Assembly: GCF_009914755.1 (NCBI RefSeq)
Contig: NC_060940.1
Length of the DNA: 64,000 nt
Source of the DNA: the human T2T-CHM13v2.0 reference genome, Homo sapiens
Reading direction: 5' to 3' (one strand)
Below the pieces are notes generated by a model. That model was given only the letters and a program-made list of their open reading frames with translations. It made no database searches and had not been told where the DNA came from. Of this stretch, positions 1 to 27,907 are shown in pieces. How positions within the stretch are numbered: the stretch's first letter is position 1; every line of letters starts with the position of its first letter. A program made the position numbers and the translations under genes.

Positions 1-594
1 GGCGGAGGTTGCAGTGAGCTGAGATCGCACCATTGCACTCCAGCCTGGGCAAAAAGAACGAAACTCTGTCTCAAAAAAATAAAATAAAAGCCAAGCTATG
101 CATTACTTTTTACACAAACTGAAACTCCTTAAATTGAGCACAAATAATACGGGATATCTTCCAATGGCAATAAAAATCCTGTTTCCTTTTTCCATGGTGT
201 GCCAGTTCTGGGATGCTTCTTACAGGCTTGGCTCCTTTACTTGCAGGAAAACCTGTTTCATCAGCAACTGCCATCCATTAGAAAGTTCTGAGAGCTTTCT
301 GAGTAAACGAAAAGAAAGCTAATGCCAATTGGAACTTTAGATCCTTGCTCATGGGTGGGTTTTTGTATTGCAGTGGCCAGTATCTGTTTTCAAGTGTCTT
401 TACCCAGCCAGAGTTCTGACCCCTAAGAATTCTAGCTTATGACTCTGTAGCTTAAAGAATCAAATGGTGTACATTTTAATGTACATATTCTTTCCTTCAG
501 CTTCAGCTGGAGGAGTGGCTAAGTACTAATGGTAATTCCCCTTTGCAAAAGAGCTATTGTCTTGAATTTGCACTCTGCATTCTTTTCCTGCCAG

Positions 595-709
595 TGTCTA
601 TGTCTCTCCCCAACGTATGAGCTCGCCCTCCAAACAGGAAAAGTGATTGAACAAATGGGCAAATTTTACCCTGAACTGAAGCTAGCTTATGCTGTTCGAG
701 GCAATAAAT
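595..709 (+). CDS. DDX19B: DDX19B exon 7 (DEAD-box RNA helicase Dbp5 orthologue; motif Ia PTYELA); gene is 5'-truncated by the window
   Basis: cag|TGT...AAAT|gtgagt boundaries, 115 nt; encodes CLCLSPTYELALQTGKVIEQMGKFYPELKLAYAVRGNK, identical peptide to DDX19A exon 7 at 40044-40158. The B assignment rests on its position upstream of DDX19A. Confidence 0.93.
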
Positions 710-1212
710 GTGAGTATGTGAATTTGGTCCTAAATCATCAACCTAATTCTTTTTATTTTGAAATATTTCAAAACCCACCCAATAGTTGAAATAATACAAT
801 AAACACATGTATGTTCTCCAGCTAGATTCAAAAACTTAACATTTTGCCATATTTGCTTTACATAAATGTATACATTTTTGTCAAACCATTTGAAAGTAAA
901 CTGCAGACATGCACCTCATGAGGACATTCTTTGCCATACCTATGGATACCCTTTTATCACAACCAGGAAAATTAACAGATTTCCTAGAATAACTAATACC
1001 AGTCCATTTTTATTCCTCCCCAGCTGTTCCCAAAGTCTTCCTTTATAGCTGTTTGGTTTTTCGACCAAGATCAAGTTAGCGTTTATACGTTGCGTTTGGT
1101 TGTTGTACTTGTTTCTTTCAATCTAGAATTGTACCCCTACCTTTTTCTCTCCCTATTATATTTAACATTTTGCACAGACCAGACTAGTTGCTTTTCAAAT
1201 ATTCTACATTCT

Positions 1213-3716
<2,504 letters not shown>

Positions 3717-3907
3717 TGACTGTAGTCACCACATTGTGCTATCAAATGCTAGATCTTACTTATTTTAATTGTATTTTTGTACCCATTACCTTTTCAGCAT
3801 TTTTGTCTGTTTTTATGTCCATTAAATGCTATAGTGATATCCTAACCTTTCCTTAATATATTAATGCAAACAGCAAAACATTTGCATTAAAATATATAAT
3901 AGGTTTA

Positions 3908-4548
<641 letters not shown>

Positions 4549-4851
4549 TCACTTCAGATGCCTCCTCTGGCTTCTGCCTGGGTCTTGGCTCTCGTACTCT
4601 CAGCAGCATTTGTTTGACGGGCCACTTCCGTGTCAGCGCTGGCCACAGTCCCTCCCAGCCTGGGTTGAGAAAGGAGACCTAGGGACTCTCCCCCAACCCC
4701 TGTCCCCATCCCAGGCCTGCTGCTCCTCCTCCCCAAGACGCTCCTCTCCCATCAGCCTTCCTGGGCATCTAGACCCTCCCAGCTGGGAAGGCTGTGCTTC
4801 TGTCGCTTCCCGGGGCCACCTGGGGCCACCTACCAGGGCCTTCCCTTGCAG

Positions 4852-5089
4852 GATGCTGCCCAGGAACTGCCAGATGCTGCTTTTCTCCGCCACCTTTGAA
4901 GACTCTGTGTGGAAGTTTGCCCAGAAAGTGGTCCCAGACCCAAACGTTATCAAACTGAAGCGTGAGGAAGAGACCCTGGACACCATCAAGCAGTACTATG
5001 TCCTGTGCAGCAGCAGAGACGAGAAGTTCCAGGCCTTGTGTAACCTCTACGGGGCCATCACCATTGCTCAAGCCATGATCTTCTGCCAT
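4852..5089 (+). CDS. DDX19B: DDX19B exon 9 (motif III SAT, start of motif IV)
   Basis: gcag|G ATG...CAT|gtgagt, 238 nt; MLLFSATF...AMIFCH. Confidence 0.94.
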
Positions 5090-5216
5090 GTGAGTAGCAG
5101 TGGCAGTGGCAGGCCTGGCCCTTCCCTCTCAGCCAGCTCCCCACAGGGCTCAGGAGGACTGGATGCCCCTGGGTGCCATGGGAAGAAACGAAGTGGTTTG
5201 TTCTCCTAAGGTTTTA

Positions 5217-6600
<1,384 letters not shown>

Positions 6601-6742
6601 ATTGAGAAATTTTAAGCCTAACCTCCTAACTGGATTTAGCAGGGCCTTCATGTATTTTAATCGTGGCAAGCCACTTTTTAGCAGTTGTCTTCCTTTTGTT
6701 TTTAACAGGTCTCTTCATAAAAAACAATTCTTTTCACTACAG

Positions 6743-6905
6743 ACTCGCAAAACAGCTAGTTGGCTGGCAGCAGAGCTCTCAAAAGAAGGCCACCAGGTGG
6801 CTCTGCTGAGTGGGGAGATGATGGTGGAACAGAGGGCTGCAGTGATTGAGCGCTTCCGAGAGGGCAAAGAGAAGGTTTTGGTGACCACCAACGTGTGTGC
6901 CCGCG
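6743..6905 (+). CDS. DDX19B: DDX19B exon 10 (motif V start)
   Basis: acag|ACT...CGCG|gtgagc, 163 nt; TRKTASWLA...VLVTTNVCAR. Confidence 0.94.
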
Positions 6906-7208
6906 GTGAGCAGAGGACGTGTCCCACCTGGTCTGCCAGGCTTGGGGTCCCAGGCCCAGTTAGAGCCAGAAATCCTTGTACACAGGGAAGTCGGATGGTC
7001 TCAGGGAGATGGGTGGGGTTGGTGACACTATTCCTTTCTAGGAGAGACTGTTTGGATTTCCCTCAGGTGATAAGAACTCCCACAGAAGCCAGGAGTCCTG
7101 ACTTGGTGGAAGGAAATGTACAGGCATCTGACTGGTAGAGAACAGAGCCTGCTCTTCCAGGGATGCCCATCTCCAGAACATTGTGTCTCCCAGAGGCTTA
7201 CTGACTGA

Positions 7209-7772
<564 letters not shown>

Positions 7773-7988
7773 TAGTTTGGTATCTATGCCTGTAGCTTTG
7801 CTTTGGGGCATCATCTGAATCTCATACTGCACGGCCTTTCAGATCTGGCTTCCTGCACTCAATGTCATGCACGTCTCTTAGTGCCGTGTTCCCTTAATGC
7901 TGAGTCATGCTCCATTGTATGGATGGACCACATGACTGATTTGCCTCCTGTCCTTAGTCCTCTCAGCCTCCAACTCTCCTTCCTGCAG

Positions 7989-8180
7989 GCATTGATGTTG
8001 AACAAGTGTCTGTCGTCATCAACTTTGATCTTCCCGTGGACAAGGACGGGAATCCTGACAATGAGACCTACCTGCACCGGATCGGGCGCACGGGCCGCTT
8101 TGGCAAGAGGGGCCTGGCAGTGAACATGGTGGACAGCAAGCACAGCATGAACATCCTGAACAGAATCCAGGAGCATTTTA
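7989..8180 (+). CDS. DDX19B: DDX19B exon 11 (motif [12 protein letters not shown])
   Basis: gcag|GC...TTTA|gtgagt, 192 nt. Confidence 0.94.
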
Positions 8181-8541
8181 GTGAGTCCCGGGGAGGGTCC
8201 TGTGCCTGGCGCCCTTTGCTAAGTAGGGCGGGGTGGTGAAAGGGGTAGGATCTTCTGTAGCCCCAAGAGAGGCTCTGTCCCTAGCACACTCCCCTCCTTT
8301 CTGACCATATGGCAGTTCTCAGGGAGCACACCTGGAGACTTCAGGACCCAGGGACTCCAAGAACAGCTCCCCTGTGACTGGGCTTCGGGGCGTGGGGCTC
8401 TGACTGTTGCTGTCAGTGACTAGGGGCCCTGCTGCCCCCTGCTTAGGCACCCGGAGCCTTTGGGGCTGAATGAATGATTGCTGTGGCCCAAGATGGGGCA
8501 CATTCCTGGGCAGGGTAGAGACCTGTGTATCTTTCCCCCAG

Positions 8542-8603
8542 ATAAGAAGATAGAAAGATTGGACACAGATGATTTGGACGAGATTGAGAAAATAGCCAAC
8601 TGA
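8542..8603 (+). CDS. DDX19B: DDX19B exon 12 coding part, stop TGA 8601-8603
   Basis: ccag|AT AAG AAG...GCC AAC TGA; C-terminus KKIERLDTDDLDEIEKIAN*. Confidence 0.94.
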
Positions 8604-10330
8604 GAAGCTCCACCAGCCACTGATGCCAGCCCTGGCACTGCCCCTGCACAGGAGACAAGTGCGTTCAGGGCACAGGCCCCGACATCACCCCAAGGACAAC
8701 GGCACAAGTAGAGAGAAACTACCTACCTCACTTCAAATTATGTTTGGACTTGACAAAAATGTATGCAAATGATGGGGGATGGTAGAAAAAAATTATTTAC
8801 ACAACCTTGGAAGATTAGGCATGAATACACAGAGATTTACCTTTTGGAAGTTTCATCTTTTAATTTGGCCAGTGTTTCCTTCATGCTAATCTAGATGCTG
8901 TGGCTGATTACTTGCCCAGGATCTCCTGTGGCAGCCTCTGCTTGTTCTCTGGCTTGGAGTGGATGGGGCAGCCTCCAGCTCCTGTGGAAGTAATGGAATA
9001 GTGGTGGAAAGGGAACACAGAGAGGGAGGCTTCCAGTAAGATAGGTGTGTAAGCCCAGCCATCATGTTTGGAATGGCATGAGGCAGCAGAGGAGGCCTGA
9101 GAGCTGCTGCTTTGGACTTGGGGGTGGGACAGCTCATCTGAGTATTGCCAGCCCCCTGTCCTAGTGCCCACAGCAGAAGGGAATTTGTTAAATAAGCATG
9201 GACCAAAATGCCAACCTCTCGGTTGTGTATATGGGTTTGTGTCACAGGACTGTGACCTGTTCTCGGTGGGTGCAGTCTGTGTAGAGTGCACATCTGATTA
9301 TTGGTGGGTCCTGTGCCTGTGCTTAAGCAAGTCCTGTGGAGAAGTCATCATGGAGAATTAGTGGTGGCCCTAGCGTGCCACAAAACCTGGTCTCATGAGC
9401 ATTTGCAACATCCCTTTTACATCCTTAATATCCCCTTACCCCACAGTAGCCCCAAACAAATGTGATCTGAGGTTTAGATCCTCAGTGAAAATTGTGGTTT
9501 CAAGTCTTCATGGCCAGCCTCAAGGCAGTTCTAGATGTGATCAGCAGTAGTCACAAATTCTTGTTTTGTCTCCACACCCAGAAGGCAAGTTTTGTCAGAG
9601 CTGGGGAATAATTTCAGATATTTGACATCTTGATTATAAAGGGCTTCTGAACATCTGTGTTTACTGCCTTTGGAATACAAACAGGTGCAACTGAGGGACT
9701 AGCTACACTACCACCATTTATCTGTCCAAGGCAAGAGTATCACCAAGGCCTTTGCTCCAGCCTTACTTGGCATCTTTGCGCAAGATAGTCAGAGCAAACA
9801 ATAGTAATGGACACTTCTCACACCTGGCCAAGGCTGTTGGTACCCACGAAATGACAGCAAAGATGAGAGGAAACTGAATTGCAAGAGCAATATGAAACCC
9901 CAACCAAGAGGAGTACTCTGCAGTTCTTTGGCTTTGGTATAGAGTGGCCACTTTCTCTAGGACCTGGAAGAAGAGTTTGATGGCTAAGAACGATTGTGAT
10001 CCTAGGTCTTCTTTGTACGCATCTCCGTATTTAGGCCAGATCTGCCTCCTGGGAAGGGAAGGGGCCAATGTCAGCCTCCAGGTGATTTCTTTAATCTGAC
10101 ATTACAAAGAGACCAACAGACTGCCAATTCTACCACATTCCCCTGGTGGGTACTCGACTATGTAGTTTTCTCTATGCTTCTGGTCAACTCTGACACATCT
10201 TGGAATTCTTGTAATAAGAAAAGAAATTTTTATACTTTTTTCTCCTTCCCTGAGTCCTGTGGACCAACCCTGAAATACTAAAAACAAGGGCAATAATTAA
10301 AGAAGTATAGACTCTTTAGTAGGCCACAGG
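8604..10330 (+). other. DDX19B: DDX19B 3' UTR (end approximate); candidate poly(A) signal ATTAAA 10296-10301
   Basis: Repeat-free sequence after the stop codon up to the Alu at ~10477; ATTAAA seen directly, cleavage site not determinable. Confidence 0.5.
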
Positions 10331-10431
10331 CAGAGCAGACTCCCACCTTCTCAAGCACATACAACCTCTCTACTGGTGTAGCCCCAAGTGTGAGAAGGAA
10401 AGTGGGAAGCGGGGTGCTGCAGACTCTTTGA

Positions 10432-14519
<4,088 letters not shown>

Positions 14520-15504
14520 TTAAGAACTTGCTCTGTCAACTATCCCCTTATATTTGCTACCTCTCCCACCCCATCAGCTCTTTCTCATTGATATTTTAAC
14601 ATGTTCATACTTGACCGCTCTTTACAATTCAACCCTCTATTCCTCATCTTTCAGCCTGTCTCCTAATGGCAGAAAGTCTTGTAAGGTTGCTTGTATGCAG
14701 AGTCTCATTCCTCATCCCTCTGCAGTCTTGACTTTTGCTCCATCACTCCCCTGAAATAGCCTTCATGAAAGACACTGATGACTTACAGGTCCGAAATCTG
14801 AAAACCACTTTTTTTTTAGATGGGGGGGGTCTCACTTTGTTGCCCAGGCTGGAGTGCAGTGGCATAGTCACAGCTTACTGCAGCCTTGAACTCCAAGCTC
14901 AAGTGATCCTCCTGCCTCAGCCTCCCTAGTAGCTGTGGCTACAGATGCATGCAACCACACTCAGCTTAAAAGCTACATTTTAATCCCTGTTATATTTGCC
15001 TTCTCAGCAGCATTTAACTCTATCAACAGTCTCTTTCTCTGGCCACTCTTCTGGGGAGGAAAGTGACGCACACTTTGCTTCCTGGTCTTCTCTCTACCAC
15101 TTCAGTCTTCTTGGCAGACCTCTCCTTTATTCACCTCCTAAATGGGCCTGTTCCTCATGGCTCTATTCTGGGTTCTCTTTCCCTGCCAGAGGCAACACTG
15201 TTCATTCCTATGGCTTTATTTGTCTGCTGGTGACACCCAAATCTATACCAAGACCTGATCCTTGAGCTCCAGCGTCATGAAAACGAAAGCACACATGGCA
15301 CTTGCACTTGGGGTGTCTTCTATGAGTCCCGTCCTCATGTCCAACATTGAACATATGCCACTACCAAGCACTCAAAAAACCCAAGCTCTGCTCTCAGCTT
15401 TTCCTCTAACTTCCCCTCACAAGATGGTACTGCAATAGCCTGTTACTCAAGCCAGAAGCCTGGGGTTCATCATGAATCTTCCTGCCCTGCCCTGCTGTCC
15501 TTTT

Positions 15505-16165
<661 letters not shown>

Positions 16166-16198
16166 GCCTTCATCCTTCATGCCTATAATTCTACCATC

Positions 16199-16281
16199 TA
16201 TTTGGTAAAACCAAATGAAATTGCCACAGTTTGGCAATTTTTGGCCTAAGCAGCAGCACTTTTATATGGCTCAATCTAATA
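16199..16281. mobile_element. MADE2-like Tc1/mariner miniature element
   Basis: ~80 bp with degenerate terminal inverted repeats (ggtaaaaccaaatgaaattgcc / gcacttttatatggctcaatctaa) and TA ends; resembles recalled MADE2 consensus. Confidence 0.6.
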
Positions 16282-16349
16282 ATTTTGGCTGGGCGCAGTG
16301 GCTCATGCCTATAATCCCAGCACTTTGGAAGGCCAAGGCGGGTGGATCA

Positions 16350-16614
<265 letters not shown>

Positions 16615-17624
16615 TTATAGACAGGGGTCTCACTATGTTGCCCAGGGTGGTCTCAAACTCCTGGCCTCAAGTGATCTTTCTGCCTTGGCCTCCCAAAGTG
16701 CCGGGATTACACGTGTCAGCCACCCTGTGTAGCCTCAATCTAATACTTCCTGAATTCACCCTGGTCTGCACTGCCGTGGTCATCTGGTCTACTACACTAG
16801 CTTCCTAGCAGGTGCGTATGCCCCCAGAGGTTTTCCTGCAGTTCCTTTGTCTCACAGCAGCCAGTAAGATCTCTGCCACCTTTGAGTGTGATTACCCCAC
16901 TCCTGCTGAAGACTCCCAACTCATTTACATTTTTCCTAAGTGGCATGTGAGGCCCTCCAGATCAGGCACCTACTTAACTCACCTGCTCCATTTGCTTCCC
17001 AGCTCATACCCTCTGCTCCACCTCCACTATTGCAGGACTTTCCTCAGATGCTGGGCTATGTCATAGAGAAGTTGGTTGTCCTGTGACTTTTCCTCTCCAG
17101 TTTCTCAGATCTTGAGGACGGTATTTTCTCCCCCACTGCACTCTAAAGCAGAAACAAAAATTCAAAGAAACTGCCAGGACTTAAGGGTGAGGTGAAAAGT
17201 GTTCACCTCTAGGAGTCCTGCTAACATGGGCATGAGGGAAGAGAGAGGCGGCTAAAAATAGAGTCCTCTGATGCTGCAGAGGACACTCCCCTCCTCCACC
17301 CAGAGGCAAATCATCTGTGGCCAGTCTTGTCCCCTTAAGTCCTTCTCCCGCAAAGAGCTCTGGAGACCTGGACACCCTGTGTGGGAAGAGGAGCCTGGAG
17401 GGGGAGTCTTGTTGCTCCACCAAGTTGCCCCCAAACAACTTGTGAGCAGAAGCATCCCCCGCCCTTTGTGAGTAAAGTCCTCGTTCCGCCTCTGCTCTTC
17501 CATCACTGGGCTGCGAGTCCCGGGCTCTCAACGGAACTCTTTCCTCTTCACTCAGTCCTTCCCTTCCATCTCATTTTTCCTAATCCTTCCTGTTCCCAAG
17601 GTAACAATCACTTCTTCGGGAAGG

Positions 17625-21700
<4,076 letters not shown>

Positions 21701-21769
21701 TTGGCTTATTTCAGTGTGAAGTAAGGCAATAAACGGAGGGCTAACAGTTCCACTTCGTAGAGCTCAGAC

Positions 21770-22210
21770 ATTTTAAGAAGCGAGGAGGCCGCGTCCTGGA
21801 AGGGTGAGCAAAAAGCGCGAGGTTTGCGCACGAAGGGAAAGGCGAGGCCCGAGGAGAGACCTGGCGCCGCGCAGAATGATGATGTCGCACGCTGGGTGGG
21901 AACTGACGTCACCTGTGCTCACCGCCGCTTCCGGTCCGCGTGAGGTGCATTCTCGCGCCGGTGGCGAGGTTAGGGCCCGCGTTGCGACGTGGTGCAGCGC
22001 ATATTTTCACAAGTGGGTCTCCCTTGTCCGGGACTATGGCCACCGACTCGTGGGCCCTGGCGGTGGACGAGCAGGAAGCGGCTGTCAAGTCGGTCAGTAG
22101 CTCAGCTCCTGGCGAGGAGGACGTAGCAGGGGCCCAAGCGAAACCTCCCAAAAGCACAGGGAGCTCCCCGGGTTGGGGAGGCCCCTGGGCAACGCGCTCC
22201 TGCAGTTTGC
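21770..22210. promoter_or_regulatory. CpG-island promoter of DDX19A, TATA-less, probably bidirectional
   Basis: High CpG density around exon 1; palindromic CRE TGACGTCA 21904-21911; ETS core CTTCCGG 21928-21934; TCTCGCG 21951-21957. Confidence 0.85.
22036..22092 (+). CDS. DDX19A: DDX19A exon 1 coding part
   Basis: actATGg Kozak context; MATDSWALAVDEQEAAVKS; TCG|gtcagt donor. The AVKS-MTNLQIKEEKVKADTNG N-terminus is the A-paralogue sequence. Confidence 0.96.
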
Positions 22211-22713
22211 TAGGGCAGTCACTTGCCCTTGATTTGCTCTTAGAGCTAAAGAGACCAATGTCGAGCTTTTTATCTCCATCTGGGCTGGTTAAGGACTTCA
22301 TCCTTTGGTAAATCCGCCCCACTATGCATGCTGTCATTCCTCTATTGACCTCCTCGGTGACGATTATAAGGAAAGCCAAGTTTAGATTCTGATTCTCTTT
22401 TTCATTACGCGACTGTTCTTCGCATGTTTCTGTACTACTCTGTATTTAACATTTCTTAGATCCATGCTTAACGTGGTTGGTAGTTTGTAGCTCTTTGCAG
22501 AATAACAGATTGACTTTTGGATTTAATACCTCAATCTACTGCAGATGTTGGAAGGAGGCACTACAAATTGTTTCATTGATGTGTAAAGTAACGGTTTCAT
22601 GTACTTGTTCTTTCAGTAATGAATATTCATTCAACTGGAATGTAATTACAGCATACACTGTGGCTTTCTGTTCTTATATCTAAGACCTAAACTTTAGGTT
22701 TGTTTAGTGATAA

Positions 22714-23172
<459 letters not shown>

Positions 23173-24065
23173 TAGAGGGCCTATGTTGGGCAGTGGAAGT
23201 GAAAATTAAGGGATGGGTATAAGATATGAAGGTAGAATGGGTAGGACTTGCTAACATAATAAAGGAGAGAAGGGAGATAAAGCCAAAGGTTTCTGTTTTC
23301 AACCTGGATCCTATTGGTATTACTAACGTCCCAATAACAGGAATAGGAAAGTGGGAGGAAGGGCAGATTTGATAGAATGGTGAAGGCAGCCGGGCATGAT
23401 GGCACCCACCTGTGATCCCAGCACTTTGGGAGGCCGAGGCGGGCAGATCACTCGAGGTCAAGAGTTTGATACCAGCCTGGCCAACATAGTGAAACCCTGT
23501 CTCTACTAAAAATACAAAAGTTAGCCAGGCGTGGTAGTCGTCCCCTGTTAATACCAGCTACTCAGGAGGCTGAGGCATGAGAATTGCTTGAACCTGGGAG
23601 GTGGAGGTTGCAGTGAGCCAAAATTACGCCACTGCACTCCAGCCTGGGCTACTGAGTGAGACTCTGTCTCAAAAAAAAAAAAAAAAAAAAAGAATGGTGA
23701 AGGCTGGGCACAGTGGCTCACACCTGTAATCCTAGCACTTTGGGAAACTGAGACAGGCAGATCAGTTGAACCCAGGAGTTCAAGACCAGTGTGGGCAACA
23801 TGGCGAAACCCCATTTCTACAAAAATACAAAAAAAATTAGCTGGGCGGGGTGGTGGTACACTCCTGTAGTCCCAGTTACTCAGGATGCTGAGGTGGGAGG
23901 ATCACCTGAGCCTAGGGAGGTTGAGGCTGCAGTGAGCTGTGATCACACCACTGCACTCCAGCATGGGTGACGGTGAGACCCTGTTTCAAAAAAAGAAAAA
24001 AGGGAATGGTGAGTTCAGGTTTGGCTGTTCTGAATTTAAAATAAGGAAACATCTTGGTAAGTACC

Positions 24066-24615
24066 TGTTGTGGGAGTCCCCAAGAGATGCCAGGTTTGAC
24101 GATTTGTTAGGAGAACTCACAGGCTCAGTATGTAGTTGTACTCACAACTATGATTTATTATAGTGAAAAGATACAAAGCAAAATTAGTGGAGGAAAAAGG
24201 CTCATGGGCTAAGTCCAGAGGAAACCAGGCAAACTTCCAAGTTATCTCCCAATGGAGTCCACAGAGTGTGCTTCATTCTTCCGGTAGCAAATTGTAACAG
24301 CACATATGAAGTGGTGTCAGGGAAGCTTGTTAGAGACTCTACTTGAGGCTTTTATTGGGGGGCTGTCATATAGTCACCATGTGCCTAGCATGTACCAGAA
24401 TTCCAGACTTCCAGAAGGAATGCAGGTGGTTAGCATAAATTACATGCAACTGTTTTTAAAAAGAGTTGAGGCAGACTGACCCCCTCTTATCAGTTCTAGG
24501 AATGATGGGAACCTTCCCAAAGTCCAAGTTCGCAGGTGACAGCCAAGGGCCAGCCTTGCAAATAGGCTTTCCTAAGGAGAGCGGTCAGGCCTGCTGTGTT
24601 CTCTTCTGCCCGGTA
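24066..24615. mobile_element. MER21-like ERVL LTR in DDX19A intron 1
   Basis: Recalled MER21/MER77 hallmarks: gtccccaaga, ggtttgacgatt, gaactcacagg, tttattatagtgaaaagataca, gtccagaggaaaccaggc. Confidence 0.6.
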
Positions 24616-25600
24616 GCCATCAGACATTTGGAAATACAGCACTGGAGTTCAGGAGAAGGAGCAGGTCAGAGGTATAAAACTGGCAGTTTCCACAAAGAAA
24701 TTACAAAGCATTATCAAGGGCATGGTCCTTGCACTCTGGAGTTTAAAATCTAGCGTTTAGCATCAGATCTTCTCTGAAAGAGTTACTGAGAATTGGTTTC
24801 AAACCTTGTGAAATCTGTGATCCTAACCTAGCTGTGACATGAATATCACAAATATAGGCCTAAACATACTTGGTATCTGGTTCTAAGCATCCAGCTTATC
24901 AGAAGGCTGGTATAAATAAAGGCTTCCTAATAGTTGGAGAAGACCTTTTTTTTCACCATGTAGACTTGTGTACCTTCACTTAATAAATGATTCATGGTCT
25001 TAGGTTATCATGTGGTTCTGCTCTCTAGTGTAGAGATAACCAATGAAAGTGACAGAAGGCTGGGTGCAGTGACTCACACCTGTAATCCCAGTGCTTTGGG
25101 AGGCCAAGGTGGGAGGATTGCTTGAGCCCAGGAGTTCGAGTTTGAGTTCAAGTAGGCATGGTGGTCCACACCTGTGTTCCCAGCTACTAGGGAGGCTGAG
25201 GTGGGAGGATCGCTAGAACCCAGGAGGTTGAGGCCGCAGTGAGCCATGATCGTGCTGCTGTACTCCAGCCTAGGTGACAGAGTGAGACCTTGTCTCAGAA
25301 AATAAATAAATAGAAAGAACTTGAGTTGGGAGATGAGCAGAGGTTGAGGTTTTCTGAAACTTTCCCCCCAACCATTATATTTAGTCCACCCCTCCCCTTG
25401 TTTTAAGGCTGTTGAAGATATTTGAAATGATGGTTTCACACAGACTTTCAGCAACTCTACTTTGAGGGAACAAACCGACTCCCTGAATACTGGTGCTGAA
25501 AGTTTCACACTAGACTTTTACTAGAAAGTTTTTCTTTTCTTAGGGACCTTCCTTTTATTGGGTCCTTTGCTTAACTCTGTTTTCTTTTATTTCTATTCAG

Positions 25601-25649
25601 ATGACCAATTTGCAGATCAAGGAAGAGAAAGTCAAAGCAGATACCAATG
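25601..25649 (+). CDS. DDX19A: DDX19A exon 2
   Basis: ttcag|ATG ACC AAT...AAT G|gtgagt, 49 nt. Confidence 0.93.
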
Positions 25650-25883
25650 GTGAGTCACTAGTAACTACAAGCTAGAAAAGAGTTCCATGTGGGCCGCTGC
25701 TTTGCACTCATAGCTGCATTGTACAAAGAGCTGTCATTTCGTGTAAACTTCAGCTGTTTACAAGCCAGTGAATTAGATTTTGTTACTGAAGGGATATGTC
25801 GATTTTCCACATTTTATCCTTTGACTTCTTAAGAGTCTCTCTATTGGATTGTACTGCTACTGTTCATTTGATAATATTTTGGC

Positions 25884-25925
<42 letters not shown>

Positions 25926-26543
25926 TTTTGAGACGGAGTCTCGCTCTGTCGCCCAGGCTGGAGTGCAGTGGCACAATCTTGGCTCACTGCAAGCTCTGCC
26001 TCCTGGGTTCATAACCATTCTCCTGCCTCAGCCTCCCGAGTAGCTGGGACTACAGGCGCTTGCCACCACGCGCTAGTTTTTTTTTTTTTGTATTTTTAGT
26101 AGAGATAGGGTTTCGCCGTGTTAGCCAGGATGGTCTTGATCTCCTGTCCTCGTGATCCACCCACCTCAGCCTCCCAAAGTGCTGGGATTACAGGTGTGAG
26201 CCACTGTGCCCGGCCTAAATTTTTTATTTTTTATATTAGATTTTTAAAATTTTATTTGAGACAGGGTCTCACTCTGTCGTGCAGGCTAGAGTGGAGTGGC
26301 GTGATCTTGGCTCACTGCAACCTCTGCCACCCAGGCTCAAGAGATCCTCCCACCTCAGCCTCCCAGGTAGCTGAGACTACAGGCATCCACCACCACACCT
26401 GGCTAATTTTTTATATTTTTAGTAGAGGCGGGGCTTTGTCATATTGCCCAGGCTGGTCTTGACCTCCTGAGCTCAAGCGATCTGCCTGCCTCAGCCTCCC
26501 ACAGTGCTGGGATTACAGGCATGAGTCACTGCACTTGGCCTAA

Positions 26544-26798
<255 letters not shown>

Positions 26799-26970
26799 TG
26801 ATCCACCCCGCTTGGCCTCCCAAAGTGCTGGGATTACAGGTGTGAGCCACCACGCCCGGCCAATTTTATTTTATTTTTTTAAATAAAATCCAGATCCTGC
26901 ATGAGGTAAATTTTTTAACTTTTTGAAAAGTGAATCTGGGTTCAAAACTCAGAAAGTATAATAAAGTACA

Positions 26971-27115
26971 AGGATTAGGGCCCACCCTAGTGACCTCATC
27001 TTAACTACAGCTGTAGCAACCCTATTTCAAAATAAGGTCACATTCTGAGGTACTGGTTAGGACTTGAATATATGAGTTTGAGGTCAGCGGGCCACACACA
27101 ATTCAGCTCATAACA
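26971..27115. mobile_element. MLT1 (MaLR) LTR fragment
   Basis: ggattagggcccaccct..tgacctcatcttaact..accctattt..aaataaggtcacattctgaggtact..acacaattca. Confidence 0.7.
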
Positions 27116-27634
27116 CCATCCTATCCCATAAGTAGCCACTGTTCATGGATTTTTAATATTCTTCCAAAGACTTTATGCAAAGCAAATATAAGTGTAGATT
27201 CTCATATTCTCTCTCTCAACCAAAACGTGGCGTGATATATACAGTATACTTACTTTTTCACTCAACAGTATCCCTTGGCAAACTTTCCATATCAATACAT
27301 GCAGTTTCATCCATGTCTTTTTTTTTTTTTTTTTTTGAGGCAGAGTCTTTCTCTGTCACCCAGGCTGGAGTGCAGTGGTGCAATCTTGGCTCACTCCAAC
27401 CTCCGCCTCCCGGGTTCAAGCGATTCTCCTGCCTCGGCTTCCTGAATAGCTGGGATTACAGGTGTCCGCCATCATGCCCAGCTAATTTTTGTATTTTTAG
27501 TGGAGACGGGGTTTCACCATGTTGGCCAGGTTGGTCTTGAACTCCTGACCTGATGATCTGCCCGCCTCGGCCTCCCAAAGTGCTGGGATTACAGGCGTGA
27601 GCCACTGTGCCTGGCCCTTCCTTGTGTTTTATAA

Positions 27635-27907
<273 letters not shown>

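Noticed and set aside
4554-5089. Antisense ORFs duplicated at 41353-41888 (and 7865-8707 / 46332-47074)
   Set aside because: Shadow frames of near-identical DDX19 exons and introns; no independent coding evidence
6906-7138. Open frame continuing past the exon 10 donor in both paralogues (GEQRTCPTWSARLG...), apparently conserved
   Set aside because: Similarity is explained by the nucleotide-level conversion tract. The frames diverge and end differently, and the product would lack motif VI.
17180-17600. Unique-looking intergenic block with several ORFs
   Set aside because: No recognisable product or splice structure; may be a degraded LTR but I cannot support a call
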